The notes below the pieces were generated by a model. That model had not been told where the DNA came from and did no database searches. It saw only the letters and a list, made by a program, of their open reading frames with translations. From positions 3,348,001-3,412,000 of the forward strand of contig CM075989.1 of assembly GCA_038087875.1 (NCBI GenBank): DNA of 64,000 nt, in the 5' to 3' direction. The position numbers and the translations under genes were made by a program. Of the stretch, positions 25,085-37,426 are shown one piece after another; position 1 is the stretch's first letter, and every line of letters begins with the position of its first letter. This stretch comes from Malacoraja senta (Eukaryota).

Positions 25085-25400
25085 TCCTGAGGGTAAACCC
25101 ACAAAAAGCAACTGGTCCAGATGGAGTTCCTGGCCATGTCCTTAGTAGCAGCGCGGACCAGCTACTGGGAGTATTCGCGGACATCTTTAATCTCTCCCTA
25201 CTCTGTTCTGAATGACCTACCTATTTCAAGAAGACCACCATCACCCCAGTGCCGAAGAAAAGCAAGACCTCATGCCAAAACGACTACCGTCCAGTGGCCG
25301 TGGCATCAACCATCATGAAATGTTTTGAGAAGCTAGTTATGAAATGCAATAAATCCAGTCTACCCAGTGGCCTTGACCCCTGCAGTTCACCTACCGCCAC
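25085..25400 (+). mobile_element. Rex1/Babar RT fragment
   Basis: Frameshifted [10 protein letters not shown]...[14 protein letters not shown]...[18 protein letters not shown]...LDPLQFTYR. Confidence 0.75.
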
Positions 25401-26920
25401 AATTTACAAGGATGAGAGGTGATCTTATTGAAACATATAAGATTGTTAAGGGTTTGGACATGCTAGAGGCAGGAAACATGTTCCAGATGTTGAGGGAGTC
25501 CAAAACCAGGGGTCACAGTTTAAGAATAAGGGGTAAGGCATTTAGAATGGAGATGAGGAAACACTTTTTCACACAGTGAATTGTGAGTGTGGAATTCTCT
25601 GCCTCAGAGAGTGGTGGAGGCCGGTTCTCTGGATACTTTCAAGAGAGAGCTTGACAGGGCAATTAAAGATAGCGGAGTCAGGGGATATGGGGAGAAGGCA
25701 GGAACGGGGTACTGATTGGGGATGATCAGCCATGATCACAATGAATGGCGGTGCTGGCTCGAAGGGCCGAAATGCCGACTCCTGCACCTGTTGTCTATTG
25801 TCTATTGTCATGGATCTATACACTGTAAATGGATTGATTGTAATCATGTATTGTGTTTCTGCTGACTGGTTAGCACACAACAAAAGCTTTTTACTGTACC
25901 TCGGTACACATATCAATAAACTAAACTGAACTGAAAATGTGAGCAAAGGGGACTAGCATAGAGCATCTCACTCGTCATGGATGAGTTGAGCCGAAGGGCC
26001 TGTTTCTGTGCTATATGACCATAAGTCTCTTCAGAACATTTAAATATCTCTTGGTTCTATCAATTATGCCTCTTTCTGCATCGTTCCCCTTCAATTTATT
26101 CCGCATCTACAATTTGGCCATCAAAATCTCGGCCTGGGCCAAATGGAGATTTGTTCCCACAATTGCCTCACTAGTCATTGCCACACACTGGCACTACCTG
26201 GTCAGACGGGTAGCACGGTGGCGCAGCAGTAGAGTTGCACCAGAGACCCAGGTTCAATCCTGACTACAGGTGCTGTCTGTACGGAGTTTGTACATTCTCC
26301 CCATGACCTATGTGGGGTTTTTCCGAGATCTTCGGTTTCCTCCAAAACTCCAAAGACGTACAGGTTTGTAGTTTAATTGGCTTTGCATAAATGTAAATTT
26401 TCCTTAGTGTGTGTAGGGTAGTGTTGATGTGCGGGGATCGCTGGTCTGTACGGAATCGGTGGGCCGAAGGGCCTGTTTCCGCGCTGCTTCTCTAAACTTA
26501 ACTAAACTGAACTAAATTCCCTAATGTTTTAATTTAATCACAGAATTTAAATAATTAGGACATTTGGATTAATGATTTGGAAGCGTGAAATTCACATTTC
26601 ATTGAGGCATTGGTGGAATTTAAATTCAGCAAATTTAGTACTCTTATAAAATGTTCGTATAAGCAATAACAATCATTTTAACATAGTTGTCTGATTCACA
26701 TATGTGAAATAAATATGCTTTCATAGATTTCATAGAACTGGCCCTGCAGCCCACAAACTCTGTGCCAAACATGATGCAAAGACCATCAGTTATCTACCTG
26801 CACATATCCATATCCTTCCATTCCCTGCATATCCACATATCTATCCAAAACACTTTTAAATGCCACTAATGTATCTGCTTCAACCAACATCTGCGGCAGC
26901 ACATTCCAAGCACTCACCAC

Positions 26921-27515
26921 CAAAGATCCTGTAGCAAGCAAGATAGTGCACTCCTACTAAATCCAATGGGCTGATGTGTAGTATGCTACGGGGCAGAACG
27001 TCAGCCTTTTCGTCGGCCATTTTAGTAACCCGACCCGACTTTGTATATCCCTCTCGCAGTGTAATCAGCGTTGCGGGGGAACAGTTTGTGTGTGTGATAT
27101 AGTGTTAGACCCATCATTCATAATTCTGTATATTCATAATTCTGCTATTTTTTGTTAATGATTAATATGTCAATAAATTATAATTCTGTTCATTTTCTTT
27201 TTTTAATGTTTTTTTTTAATTTCCTTTTTTTTAACGTTTTTTTTTTAAAGTCTTTTTAAATGGCTCATGTGCTGTGTTTGAGTTGATGTTTGTATTAAAC
27301 TTGCACACTGTCATTCATTTGATCACATTGTTCACAACAGTATTTAGTAAAATAATAGCAATATGGAGATTCCAGTTGCTACAGGATCTTTGGATAGGCG
27401 TGCGGAAACGGAAGCCGGTTACGGAAATGGGGCCGAAGATTACCAATAAATCTGCCCATGACCGTACTACGTCTTTTTCGTCGAGTGGGCTATCATGCTT
27501 GCTATGGGATCTTTG
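26921..27515. mobile_element. Non-autonomous DNA transposon with 8-bp TSD, P-element-like termini
   Basis: TIR CAAAGATCCTGTAGCAAGCAAGATAG / CTATCATGCTTGCTATGGGATCTTTG; perfect TSD ctcaccac (26913-26920 / 27516-27523); inserted in a minus-strand CR1 3' end. Confidence 0.8.
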
Positions 27516-28512
27516 CTCACCACCTTCTGTGTAAAAAAAACCATATCCCGCACATCTGCTTTAAACTTTGCCCTTTTTACCTTGAAGCTATGCCCTTTAG
27601 TATGTGATTCTTCCACCTGACTGTCGGATTCTGACTGTCTACCCTAGAAACATATAAAATTCTTAAAGGATTGGACACGCTAGATGCAGAAAAAATGTTC
27701 CCGATGTTGGGGGAGTCCAGAACCAGAGGTCACAGTTTAAGAATAAGGGGTAGGCCTGAGATTTAGGACTGAGATGAGGAAAAACCTCTTCACCCAGAGA
27801 GTTGTAAATCTGTGGAATTCTCTGCCACAGAAGACAGTGGAGGCCAATTCACTGGATGTTTTCAAAAGCGAGTTAGATTTAGCTCTTATGGCTATCGGAA
27901 TCAAGGGATATAGGGAAAGCGCAGGAAGGGGTACTGATTTTAGTTGATCAGCCATGATCATATTGCATGGCAGTGCTGGCTTGATGGGCTTGATGGCCTA
28001 CTTCTGCACCTATTTTTCGATGTTTGTATCTGTGTCTCTCATTTTTAAAGATTTCATTTAGAAAATCAGGGCTACGGGGAAATGGTACATCTGAGGCCTT
28101 GATCATATTGAATGGCAGAGCAGGATTGATGGGCCAGTTGACCTATTTCTCTGCTTATTTTCTCCTGTTCTTGTGCTCACCACCCTGGTCGTGCTCTAAC
28201 CTCACACCTACCATCAGGAAGAAGGTCCAGGTGCCTGAGAACCGTGACCACCAGCTTCAAGAACAGCTTCTTCCCGCAACCATCAGGCTCTTGAACACAA
28301 CTCTATGCGTGGCAGATGCAGTTTAATGTGGATAAATGTGGGGTTATCCACTTTGGTAACAAAAACAGGAAGGCAGATTATTACCTAAATGGTGTCAAGT
28401 TGGAAAAAAGGGGAGTACAACAGGATCTGGGGGGTCCTTGTTCATCAATCGATGAAAGTAAGCATGCAGGTACAGCAGGCAGTGAAGAAAGCGAATGGCA
28501 TGTTGGCCTTCA

Positions 28513-29086
28513 CAGGGGGGCGGAAAACCCGGGGGGGCCAGAGGGGACACGTCCCCCCATGTTTTGAGAGGTGGGGGACATCCCCCCCAAGTTTTTGTGA
28601 ACCGTATTTAAAAATCTCCGCTTTCCGCGAGACAGTGGGGGTGGGACTGATGATCGAGGGCGCGATGATTGGAGGAGGGAGGAGTGGGGGGGATGGGACT
28701 GAGGATAGAGCATGGTGATTGGAGGAGGGAGACGTGGCACAGACCTGCGCCTCATCCACAGGCAGGATCGATCCCGGCCGGGTCTCCGGGGCTGTCCGGA
28801 GTGCCCCCCGAGGTCGGGAGTCAAACACGAGCTGTGCCCCCAGGCCCAAAGCCAGCGCAGAGAAGCAGCGCTAAACCCAGCTCAACTCTGCCTGTCCCGC
28901 CAGGCTAATCTGCCTGGGCTTGCGGGAAATATGGCCAGCGCGGAGAATCTGCGCTGGTGTCCCGTCAGTCCAGTCAGGTATCCAGAAGCCTCGCGCGCGT
29001 GTGTGTGAGTGGGCGCATGCGCGCACGGCCGCCAACAAATTGTGTCCCCCGTCCCCTCCATGTTTTGATAGCGAGTTCTGCTCTTG
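28513..29086. mobile_element. Non-autonomous hAT-like DNA transposon interrupting a CR1
   Basis: Perfect 8-bp TSD ggccttca (28505-28512 / 29087-29094); imperfect TIRs CAGGGGGGCGGAA / TTCTGCTCTTG; CR1 frame KANGMLAF|ITRGVRYRSKEVLLQLY resumes after it. Confidence 0.8.
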
Positions 29087-29581
29087 GGCCTTCATAACAA
29101 GAGGAGTTAGGTATAGGAGCAAAGAGGTCCTTCTGCAGTTGTACAGGCCCCTAGTGAGACCACACCTGGAGTATTGTGTGCAGTTTTGGTCCCCTAATTT
29201 GAGGAAGGACATTCTGGCTATTGAGGGAGTGCAGCGTAGGTTTACAAGGTTAATTCCCGGGATGGCGGGACTGTCATATGCTGAGAGAATGGAGCGGCTG
29301 GGCTTGTATACTCTGGAGTTTAGAAAGATGAGAGGGGATCTTATTGAAACATATAGGATTATTAAGGGTTTGGACACGTTAGAGGCAGGAAACATGTTCC
29401 CGATGTTGGAGGAGTCCAGAACCAGGGGCCACAGTTTAAGAATAAGGGGTAAGCCATTTAGAACGGAAACGAGGAAACTTTTTCTCACATAGAGTGGTGT
29501 CTGTGGAATTCTCTGACCCAGAGGGCGGTGGAGGCTGGTTCTGTGGATACTTTCAAAAGAGAGCTAGATAGGGCTCTTAAA

Positions 29582-29582
29582 T

Positions 29583-29633
<51 letters not shown>

Positions 29634-30036
29634 CTTTATTCATTTCGAACTCAAGGTCCAGACAAGGGACATTACATAAAAATATATTGCATATAAAAAC
29701 ATCATAAAATACATATAAAATCTTAGTATATCACCTATAAAAGCATCATAAATTACATATTAAAAAAAGCCATAATACATGAATTGAAATCCAGAATAAA
29801 AAAGAATGATCAATGCCCTACAACGAGGCAATGATACCAGTGTCTCCACAACTGGGATTGGTAGCGTGTAGTGCTAAACCTTATGTTTGACAAGGCCACA
29901 ATAATTACATTTTTAGAGTCATTTATCCTGCAAATGAATTTACACATATGATTTCTTAGGAGAGCTTCTAAAGTACTGACTCCTGCAGCCACAAACATAT
30001 TACTTGCACTACACCATCTAGGTTTCCTTAGCAGTG
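29582..30036 (-). mobile_element. 3' fragment of a second CR1/L2-group LINE family with (TTA)n tail
   Basis: Minus translation ...PRWCSASNMFVAAGVSTLEALLRNHMCKFICRINDSKNVII; long (TAA)n on plus; TSD ttaaa (29577-29581 / 30037-30041). Confidence 0.7.
29585..29632. repeat. (TAA)n microsatellite (LINE tail)
   Basis: Direct reading. Confidence 0.9.
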
Positions 30037-30433
30037 TTAAAGATAGCGGAGTCAGGGGACATGGGGAGAAGGCAGGAACGGGGTACTGATTGGGGATGAT
30101 CAGCCAGGATCACATTGAATGGTGGTGCTGACTCGAAGGGCCGAATGGCCTACTCCTGCACCTATTGTCTATTGTCTATTGTCAACGTTAATCTCAGCAA
30201 CTATGAACTTGTCTTTGGTTTTGCTAATGACTTCAATTTTTGCATCAATAATACAGTTGTTCATTTTTTTTTAATATAATACATTATCTGTGTTTATTGC
30301 ATTTACACACTTATTGAACTGCTGCAAGTAATCATTTAATTGTTCTGCTGTCGGTACACATGACAAGTAAACACTCTTGATTTTGAACCTAGCTGGGCCT
30401 GTACAGGATCCGGATTCCTGTTAATGTGATTAA

Positions 30434-31075
30434 AGGGCCTGTCCCACTTGGCCGTCATTCGCGCACCATTTACGTGACCTGCTAGCGTGTGGGTAGCGTG
30501 TAGGTAGTGTGTGGGTAGCGCGGGACGGGTGCATGGAGTGGCATGGAGGAGTGTGGACTTCGTCCTGCACTAAATCTTCGTGCGCCACCGGCCTGTCGCG
30601 TAACTGACGGCCAAAGTGGGACAGGCCCAAGACCCTGGCGCAACGCAACGTCTCACCTCCAACAGCAGCAGAAGCAGGCAAACGATCGCCGAGCTCGGCC
30701 TGGGGCTCACGGCCGTTGCGGTCTGGATCCGCCCCCACTCCTACTCCCAGAGTGGGACCAAGACGATTGGAGATAGACACAAAATGCTGAAGTATCTCAG
30801 CGGGACCGGCAGCATCTCTGGAGAGAAGCAATGAGTGACGTTTCTGGTAGAGACCCTTCTTCAGACTGAAGAAGAGTCTCGACCCCAAACATCATCCATT
30901 CCTTCTCTCCAGAGATGCTGCCGGTCCTGCTGAGTTACCCCTGCATTTTGTGTCTATCTTCAAATGACATAATGCGCTCCAGACGGCTGTGCGGACGCAT
31001 GATGACGCGCGCGACCGTCGCGCATAAGTCACTACCGGCCTGTCGCGTAAATGACGGCCAAGTAGGACAGGCCCT
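30434..31075. mobile_element. PIF/Harbinger-like non-autonomous element with an internal extra TIR
   Basis: AGGGCCTGTCCCACTTGGCCGTCATT...AATGACGGCCAAGTAGGACAGGCCCT, flanked by TAA/TTA; extra right-end copy at ~30588-30628. Confidence 0.8.
30771..30962. mobile_element. Palindromic (inverted) Penelope-pLTR-derived hairpin element, nested in a Harbinger-like MITE
   Basis: agatagacacaaaatgc...cttcttcaga|ctgaagaag...gcattttgtgtctatct, ~95-bp inverted arms homologous to the pLTR at 59450-59542. Confidence 0.8.
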
Positions 31076-31914
31076 TTACTCTTCTCTGTCTTGTGACTTG
31101 CCGAAGAAGAGGTGGCACGGTGGCGCAGCGGTAGAGTTACTGACTTCCGGCGCCAGAGACCCGGCTTCGAACCTGACTACGGGTGTGGTCTGTACGGAGT
31201 TTGTACGTTCTCCCCGTGATCACATGGGTTTCCTCCGGGTGCCCTGGGCAATGAACAATTTTTACCAAAGCCAATTAACCTACAAACCTGTGCGTCTTTG
31301 GAGGTGGGGTGGGGGGGGGGGGGGGGGGGGGAAGCGGAGCACCCGGAGAAAACCCACGCAGGTCACGGGAGGTACGTACAAACTCCATTCAGGCAGCACC
31401 CATAGTCTGGATCATACCCGGGTCTCTGGCGCTGTAAGGCAGCAACACTACTGCTGCGCCACCGTGCCGCCCCAAATATATGCTGTTGCTTGCACAATTT
31501 AGACTGGTTAAATGGCATGTTATCTGTATCATATTGTATCTATAGGCACGCAGTTTAGAATTTTGTGTTTGTCACTCTATTAGTAGCATATGCTTTAATT
31601 TGTTGTAATATAATAACTCCCACACAACACGATAGCTCTGGGAAAGAATGCACAATACTGAGCTCATTTTTTGTAAACATTTGCTAGCTCTTTATTTTCT
31701 AGCAATAGAGAGTCCGAGAGTCTATCGTAAAAATGGTAAATCTATATTTTAGATATTATAGATCTGAATTATAGATCTCAGTCTGAAGAAGGGTCTATTA
31801 AGAGATTGTCTTATTTGTTCCCAAACATGATGCATTAAATATGCTCCAGTGTAAGGTCGTGCCTCTTCCCTTCACAAACAGCAGTTTATTTTATGCAGTT
31901 CTCTGTATAATTTC

Positions 31915-32440
31915 AGAATAGCTCCATCCAAGACCGCAAGAAATTGCAGCGAATTATGGACGCAGCCCAGACCATCACACAAGCCAACGTCCCTTCCATT
32001 GCACCTCACGCTGCCTCGGCAAGGCCAGCAGCATAATCAAGGACGAATCGCACCCGGACACTCTTTCTTCTCCCATATCCCATCGGGCAAGAGATACAGG
32101 AGTGTGAAAACACACACCTCCAGATTCAGGGACAGTTTCTTCCCAGCAGTTATCAGGCAACTGAACCCTTCTGCCACAACCAGAGAGCTGTCCTGAAATA
32201 CTATCTACCTCATTGGAGACCCTCGGACTATCCTTGATTGGACTTTGCTGGCTTTACCTTGCATTAAACGTTATTCCGCTTATCATGTATCTATGCACTG
32301 TAAATGGCTCAATTGTAATCATGTATTGTCTTTCTGCTGAAGGGTTAGCATGCAACACAAGCTCTTCACTGTACTTCGGAACACGTGACAATAAACTAAA
32401 CTGAAACTATCCTGAAAACTGAAACTAAACTGAAACTATT
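31915..32440 (+). mobile_element. Rex1-type LINE 3' end (related tails at ~12680-13925, 17510-17700, 25810-25935, 41085-41690, 41910-42165, 50015-50310)
   Basis: HIPSGKRYRSVKTHTSRFRDSFFPAVIRQLN followed by the shared 3' UTR ending gtgacaataaactaaactgaa. Confidence 0.75.
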
Positions 32441-32719
32441 AACTGCTCATCAGTGACATTTGGAAGTGGCTTGTCGGCTGGTTATTCTTTGCATCACTGA
32501 CTGTGATAGTTAATATCTTCTGACTATGGTAGCTATTCCCTAACAGATATGATAGATATCATGTGAACCTAATATCACTAATCACCACTAATACATAACT
32601 TTACCTATGTATCTCAATAAACCTCATATATAAATGTTGAGCAAAAAATTGATTTTACAGTTAAGTAGATTTAGACAAGAATAAGGGTTAGAAAAAAACA
32701 AGGGCTCTATTTACCAAAA

Positions 32720-33035
32720 CAGTGTGTAAAATCATGAGAGGAATAGATGCATAGCGTCTCTTGCCCAGGGTAGGGGAATCGAGGACCAGTGGACATAGGT
32801 TCAAGGTGAAGCGGAAAAGATTTAATAGGAATCTGAGAGGTAACTTTTTCACACGAAAGGTGGTGGGTGTATGGAACAAGCTGCCAGAGAAGGTAGTTGA
32901 GGCTGGGACTATCACAATATTTTTAAAAAACAGTTAGACAGGTAGGTGGGACTAGTGTAGCTGAGACATGTTGGCCGGTGTGGGCAAGTTGGGCTGAAGG
33001 GCCTGTTTCCACACGGTATCGCTGTGATTCTATGA
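32720..33035 (+). mobile_element. CR1 3' fragment (others at ~830-1420, 24270-24600, 25400-25810, 27650-28025, 34260-34632, 43145-43480, 61420-61825)
   Basis: aggtaactttttcacacgaaaggtggtgggtgtatggaacaagctgccagag and the gggctgaagggcctgtttcc tail. Confidence 0.75.
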
Positions 33036-33493
33036 TTCTTTTGATGTTATGGATTTAAAAGAATAAAATAAGGACACAACAATGGCTTATGAATCAGTAA
33101 TAAGGAGAATAAACCTAGGATATCTATTGGAAGTATAAAAGAGGAGTTTGAAAGAAAATATTGTATACAATTGTATGTTGGAATTTGAAGGTGCTTAGCA
33201 AGATCTTTAAGAAGAAATCAAATTCTTAAAGCTAAATAATAAAGAGGATAGAGAATGAATCCGGAAATTGTATTAGAACTGGCACCAGCCTTCTTTAGCC
33301 CTCGCGTTTCCAATTCTGTAATCATGTTATAATGGGAGAATAATGAAAATAAATGAGTCTATAGCTTGCATCATTTGAATCGAGCCGCCTTCATTCTGAC
33401 TGTTCTGATAATCTAAAATGGACACATTTGGCTCAACCATTCAAGCACTGTCTCCTAGTTCCATTTCCCTTCATAAACACAAAAAGCTGGAGT

Positions 33494-33637
33494 CTTCTTC
33501 TTCTTCTTGCGTATGGCGTGCACAGCCTAAAGTTGTAGGACAACTTGTTCTATTTGATCTTATTTGATTGTGCACGCCGGGTTGATTGCATTCGTCGAAA
33601 CAGGGCCGACCACGTGAAGGTTGCGATCTTCCACCCC
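33494..33637 (-). mobile_element. Second copy of the HDV-ribozyme-headed short retroposon
   Basis: Reverse complement reads GGGGTGGAAGATCGCAACCTTCACGTGGTCGGCCCTGTTTCGACGAATGCAATC...(AAG)5; 11-bp TSD aaagctggagt (33483-33493 / 33638-33648). Confidence 0.9.
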
Positions 33638-34675
33638 AAAGCTGGAGTAACTCAGCGGGACAGGCAGCATCTCTGGAGAGAAGGGATGGGTGATGTTTCC
33701 AGTCGAGACCATTCTTAATGGAGATTAGCTTGGACAGGGATATTTTTCTGGCCAAGATGGGTCAATTGAGCAAAGTACCAAAGGACTGATGATGTCTGTA
33801 GAACATTAAATATCAGCTTGACACAGTGGGACCCTTCTTAGCTCTAAGTCAACAATTTGCGAAGACAGCAGTTAATCGAGGGCGGATTTGGCGCTGGCGA
33901 ATTGATGGATAGATACAGCATGGAAACAGGCCCTTCAGCCCACCGAGTTGATGCCAACTCGTTCACACTAGTTCCAAGTTATCCCACTGTCACATCCACT
34001 CCCTACACGCTAGGACTAATTTACAGAGGTGATGTGGGAAGTGGGAAGAAAGTGGAACACCCAGAGGAAACCCACCCGGTCACATAACATGCAATCTCCA
34101 CACAGAGAGCATAAGGTCAGAATCAAATGGGGTCCCTGGCGCTGTGAGGCAGCAGCTCTACCAGCTGAATAGAGAGATAAAGGAATAGTGCTTAATTGTA
34201 AGAGGTACAGCCTGTTGAATGAGAAGTTCAACTGACTTTAGAGAAGAACTTGAATGATTATGTTTGGCGAATAGTGAAAGGCCTGGATAGAGTGAATGTG
34301 AAGAAGATGTTTCCACTAGCGGGAGAGTCTAGGACCAGAGGCCATAGCCTTAGAATAAAATGATGTACCTTTAGAAAGGAGATGAGGAGGATTTTCCTCA
34401 GTCAGAGGGTAGTAAATCTATAGAATTCATTGCCACCGAAGGCTGTGGAGGCCAAGTCAATGGATATTATGAAGGCAAATATTGACAGATTTTTGATTAG
34501 TGTGGGTGTCAGGGTTTATGGGGAGAAGGCAGGAGAATGGGGTTGAGAGGGAAAGATAGATCAGCCATGATTGAATGGTGGAGTAGACTTGATGGGCCAA
34601 ATGGCCTAATTCTGCTCCTAGAACGTATGAACTAATGATTGTATAGCATCTGGAAGGAGGAGCAAAGGAGATCTT

Positions 34676-36213
34676 TTTTTTTAAATATTTTTATTTATTA
34701 GAAGCAGTGTACAAAAATATAACCAGCGGCATATGACATAATACAGTTATTGTACAGCTTCAATTTTAATTTGTAGCTAAAGTTGAGAGAAAAGAAGAGA
34801 GAAAAAGCAAGAGAGAGAAAAAGTGGATGTGCAAGAATAGACCCCCCAGACTACCAAATTGGTGTAGCCAAAGAGTGAGTAAGTAAAAGAAATAAGAAAG
34901 ACGTAGAGAAATAAAAAGACAAAAACAAAGAAAAACAAAAGATGATGATATACCTGCCTCGTATCCCTCCCCACCCATCACCCAACCCGTAATTAAATTT
35001 AACTCCAAAATTGTGTTGCACCATACTATCCTTGTAATGTATCAATGAATGGTGTCCATGCCTTCGAAAAATGCTCTGGTTTTTCTGCTAAGACAAGTCT
35101 CATATTTTCAAGATGTAGCGTCTCAGACATGTTTGTAATCCACATTTTGAGAGTAAGGACAGATGTATGTTTCCAAAATTTGAGTATTAGTTTTTTCGCT
35201 GTTACCAGACCATAATTGAGGAAACGTCTTTGAAATATTGATAGCTCAGAGCAGGCTTCTGACGTTCCTAGAATAATCAGTTCCGTGTCGGGGTCCAATT
35301 TTGTTTTTAATGTTTTTGAGAAAATTTCAAAAATTCTTCTCCAAAAGTTATGTCATTTTATGCAAGAGGCGAAGGAATGTGTTATAGTTGCTTCTTGAAG
35401 GAGACATTTGTCACAAATAGGAGATACATTTGGACAGATCTTATTCAGTTTAGTCTTTGAATAGTAGAGTCTGTGTAGTATTTTAAATTTATTTTAACGT
35501 ATGTCTAACGTTAATCGAACAATTGTGTATATATAAACGGTTTTCTTCCCATCTGTCTTTTCGAATTTTTAGGCCTAGTTCCTCTTCCCAGTCTCTTCTA
35601 ATTGCTTCTGACGATGGGATTTCTATATTTAGAAGGGTATTATACAAATATGATGTTAAGTTGTTTGACTCTGAATTTCTATTCATACATTCGTCTAGTA
35701 CATCTGGCAGCAGAGTTTGGTAGTCTTGGGTATATGTTTTCAGATAGTCTCGAATTTGAAGATATCTGAAATATTGATTACCTTTCAGGTGATATTTCGA
35801 CTGTAATTCCTGAAATGAGAGAAGAGTTCCCATCTCGTAGAGATCTCCAAGTTTTTGATTCCTAGTCTTTCCCAATAAGTAAACGTTTTATCTATAATAG
35901 ATGGCTTGAACAAAGGGTTATTGGCTATTGGTGAAAGAAGAGATAAATTTCTTAGTTTAAAAGTTGATTTTACTTGTCTCCAGATTCGTAGAGTGCTGTG
36001 AATAATCAGATTTTTATCATATAGTGTGTTCTTCAAATTTGTTGTGGAGAGAAAAATCGCGCCTATATTAAAAGGCGAGCAATCCTCTCTCTCCATTATT
36101 AACCAGTCTACCTGTTGGCATGAGTTATCCAGCCAGTAAATTACATTTTTAATATTCGTTGCCCAATAATAGTATAAGAAGTGGGGGAGAGGCAATCCGC
36201 CCGTTTCTTTGGA
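34676..36213 (-). mobile_element. 5'-truncated L1-clade LINE (fish L1/Swimmer-like), frameshifted
   Basis: Fragments GGLPLPHFLYYYWATNIK, FRYLQIRDYL and AKKLILKFWK typical of L1 ORF2 C-terminus; A-rich tail; 13-bp TSD caaaggagatctt (34663-34675 / 36214-36226). Confidence 0.9.
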
Positions 36214-37426
36214 CAAAGGAGATCTTGATGGTGAAGTCGACACAAAATGCTGGAATAACTCAGCTTCTTCAGACTGAAGAATGGTCTCGACCAGAAACGT
36301 CACCCATGCCTGTCCCGCTGAGTGGAGTAACAAGATTTGTGTGTCTATCTTTGGCTTTAACCAGCATCTGCAGTTCCTTCCGACACAGATCTTCATTGTA
36401 GCCTGGACAACACTCCTCTGCCATCCGGCACTATCAATGGTGAGCGTTTTGCGTCCTTAGTAAGATCTTGTTAACATAAATTGCTTCCTATATTTGGCAA
36501 CATAAAAGTGACTACACTCAAAAATAATTTGATGTGAAGTGCTTTGGAAAACCCTTAGTTTACGAAAATATGCTTGATTAATTCATGCTCCAATTTTCTA
36601 TCATGTTTCCCTGTGGAGAACGAGAAAGGATAATGCAGGAGAAAAAATATACATTTTAACAAACCACTACCAAGTCACAGAGAGTAAAGATCGCTGTTCT
36701 TGTGACTCACAAGAGAGTATAACAGGGAAATGGTTTGTCAAAATGACAAGCTGAAAAGAAAAAAATAAAGACGTGGAATGATAGCCCATATTTTCTAACC
36801 CCAGGCTGTCCTGCAGCATTTTACACTCGATGGAGTATTTTGAAATGTAGTTCCTGTTATGAAGTCGGAAAAACAGCAGCCAATTTATGCACAGCCAGGT
36901 TTCAGAAACTGTGGCGAGATCATGTCTTAGATTGGAGGTAGACAAAAATGCTGGAGAAACTCAGCGGGTGAGGCAGCATCTACGAAGCGAAGGAAATAGG
37001 CAACGTTTCGGGTCGAGACCCTTCTTCAGATGTCTTAGATCAAACGTCTTAGATCAGACCCTTCTTCAGACGTCTCAATAATGTCTTAGATTGGTATGAG
37101 TTGTGAGATTGACCATTGACCCAGACATGGGGATAACGGGATAGAATGGATGTGGAGAGGATGTTTCCACTAGGACCAGAGGTCATAGCCTCAGAATTAA
37201 AGGATGTTTCTTTAGGAAGGAGATGAGGAGGAATTTTATTAGTCAGAGGGTGGTGAATCTGTGGAATACATTGCCACAGTAGGCTGTGGAGGCCATGTTA
37301 ATGGATATTTTTAAGGCAGCGATAGATTCTTGATTAGTACATGGGTCAGGGGTTATGGGGAGAAGACAGGAGAATGGGCTTAGGAAGGAGAAATAGATCA
37401 GCCATGATAGAATGGCGGAGTAGATT

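Larger units (their letters stand above)
28308..30182 (+). mobile_element. 5'-truncated CR1 LINE carrying two nested insertions
   Basis: WQMQFNVDKC...RPHLEYCVQFWSP...RGDLIETY...; (ctattgt)n tail at ~30162-30182. Confidence 0.9.

Noticed and set aside
30915..31502. 195-aa ORF
   Set aside because: It is a chance frame across a hairpin element, a MITE end and two SINE halves.
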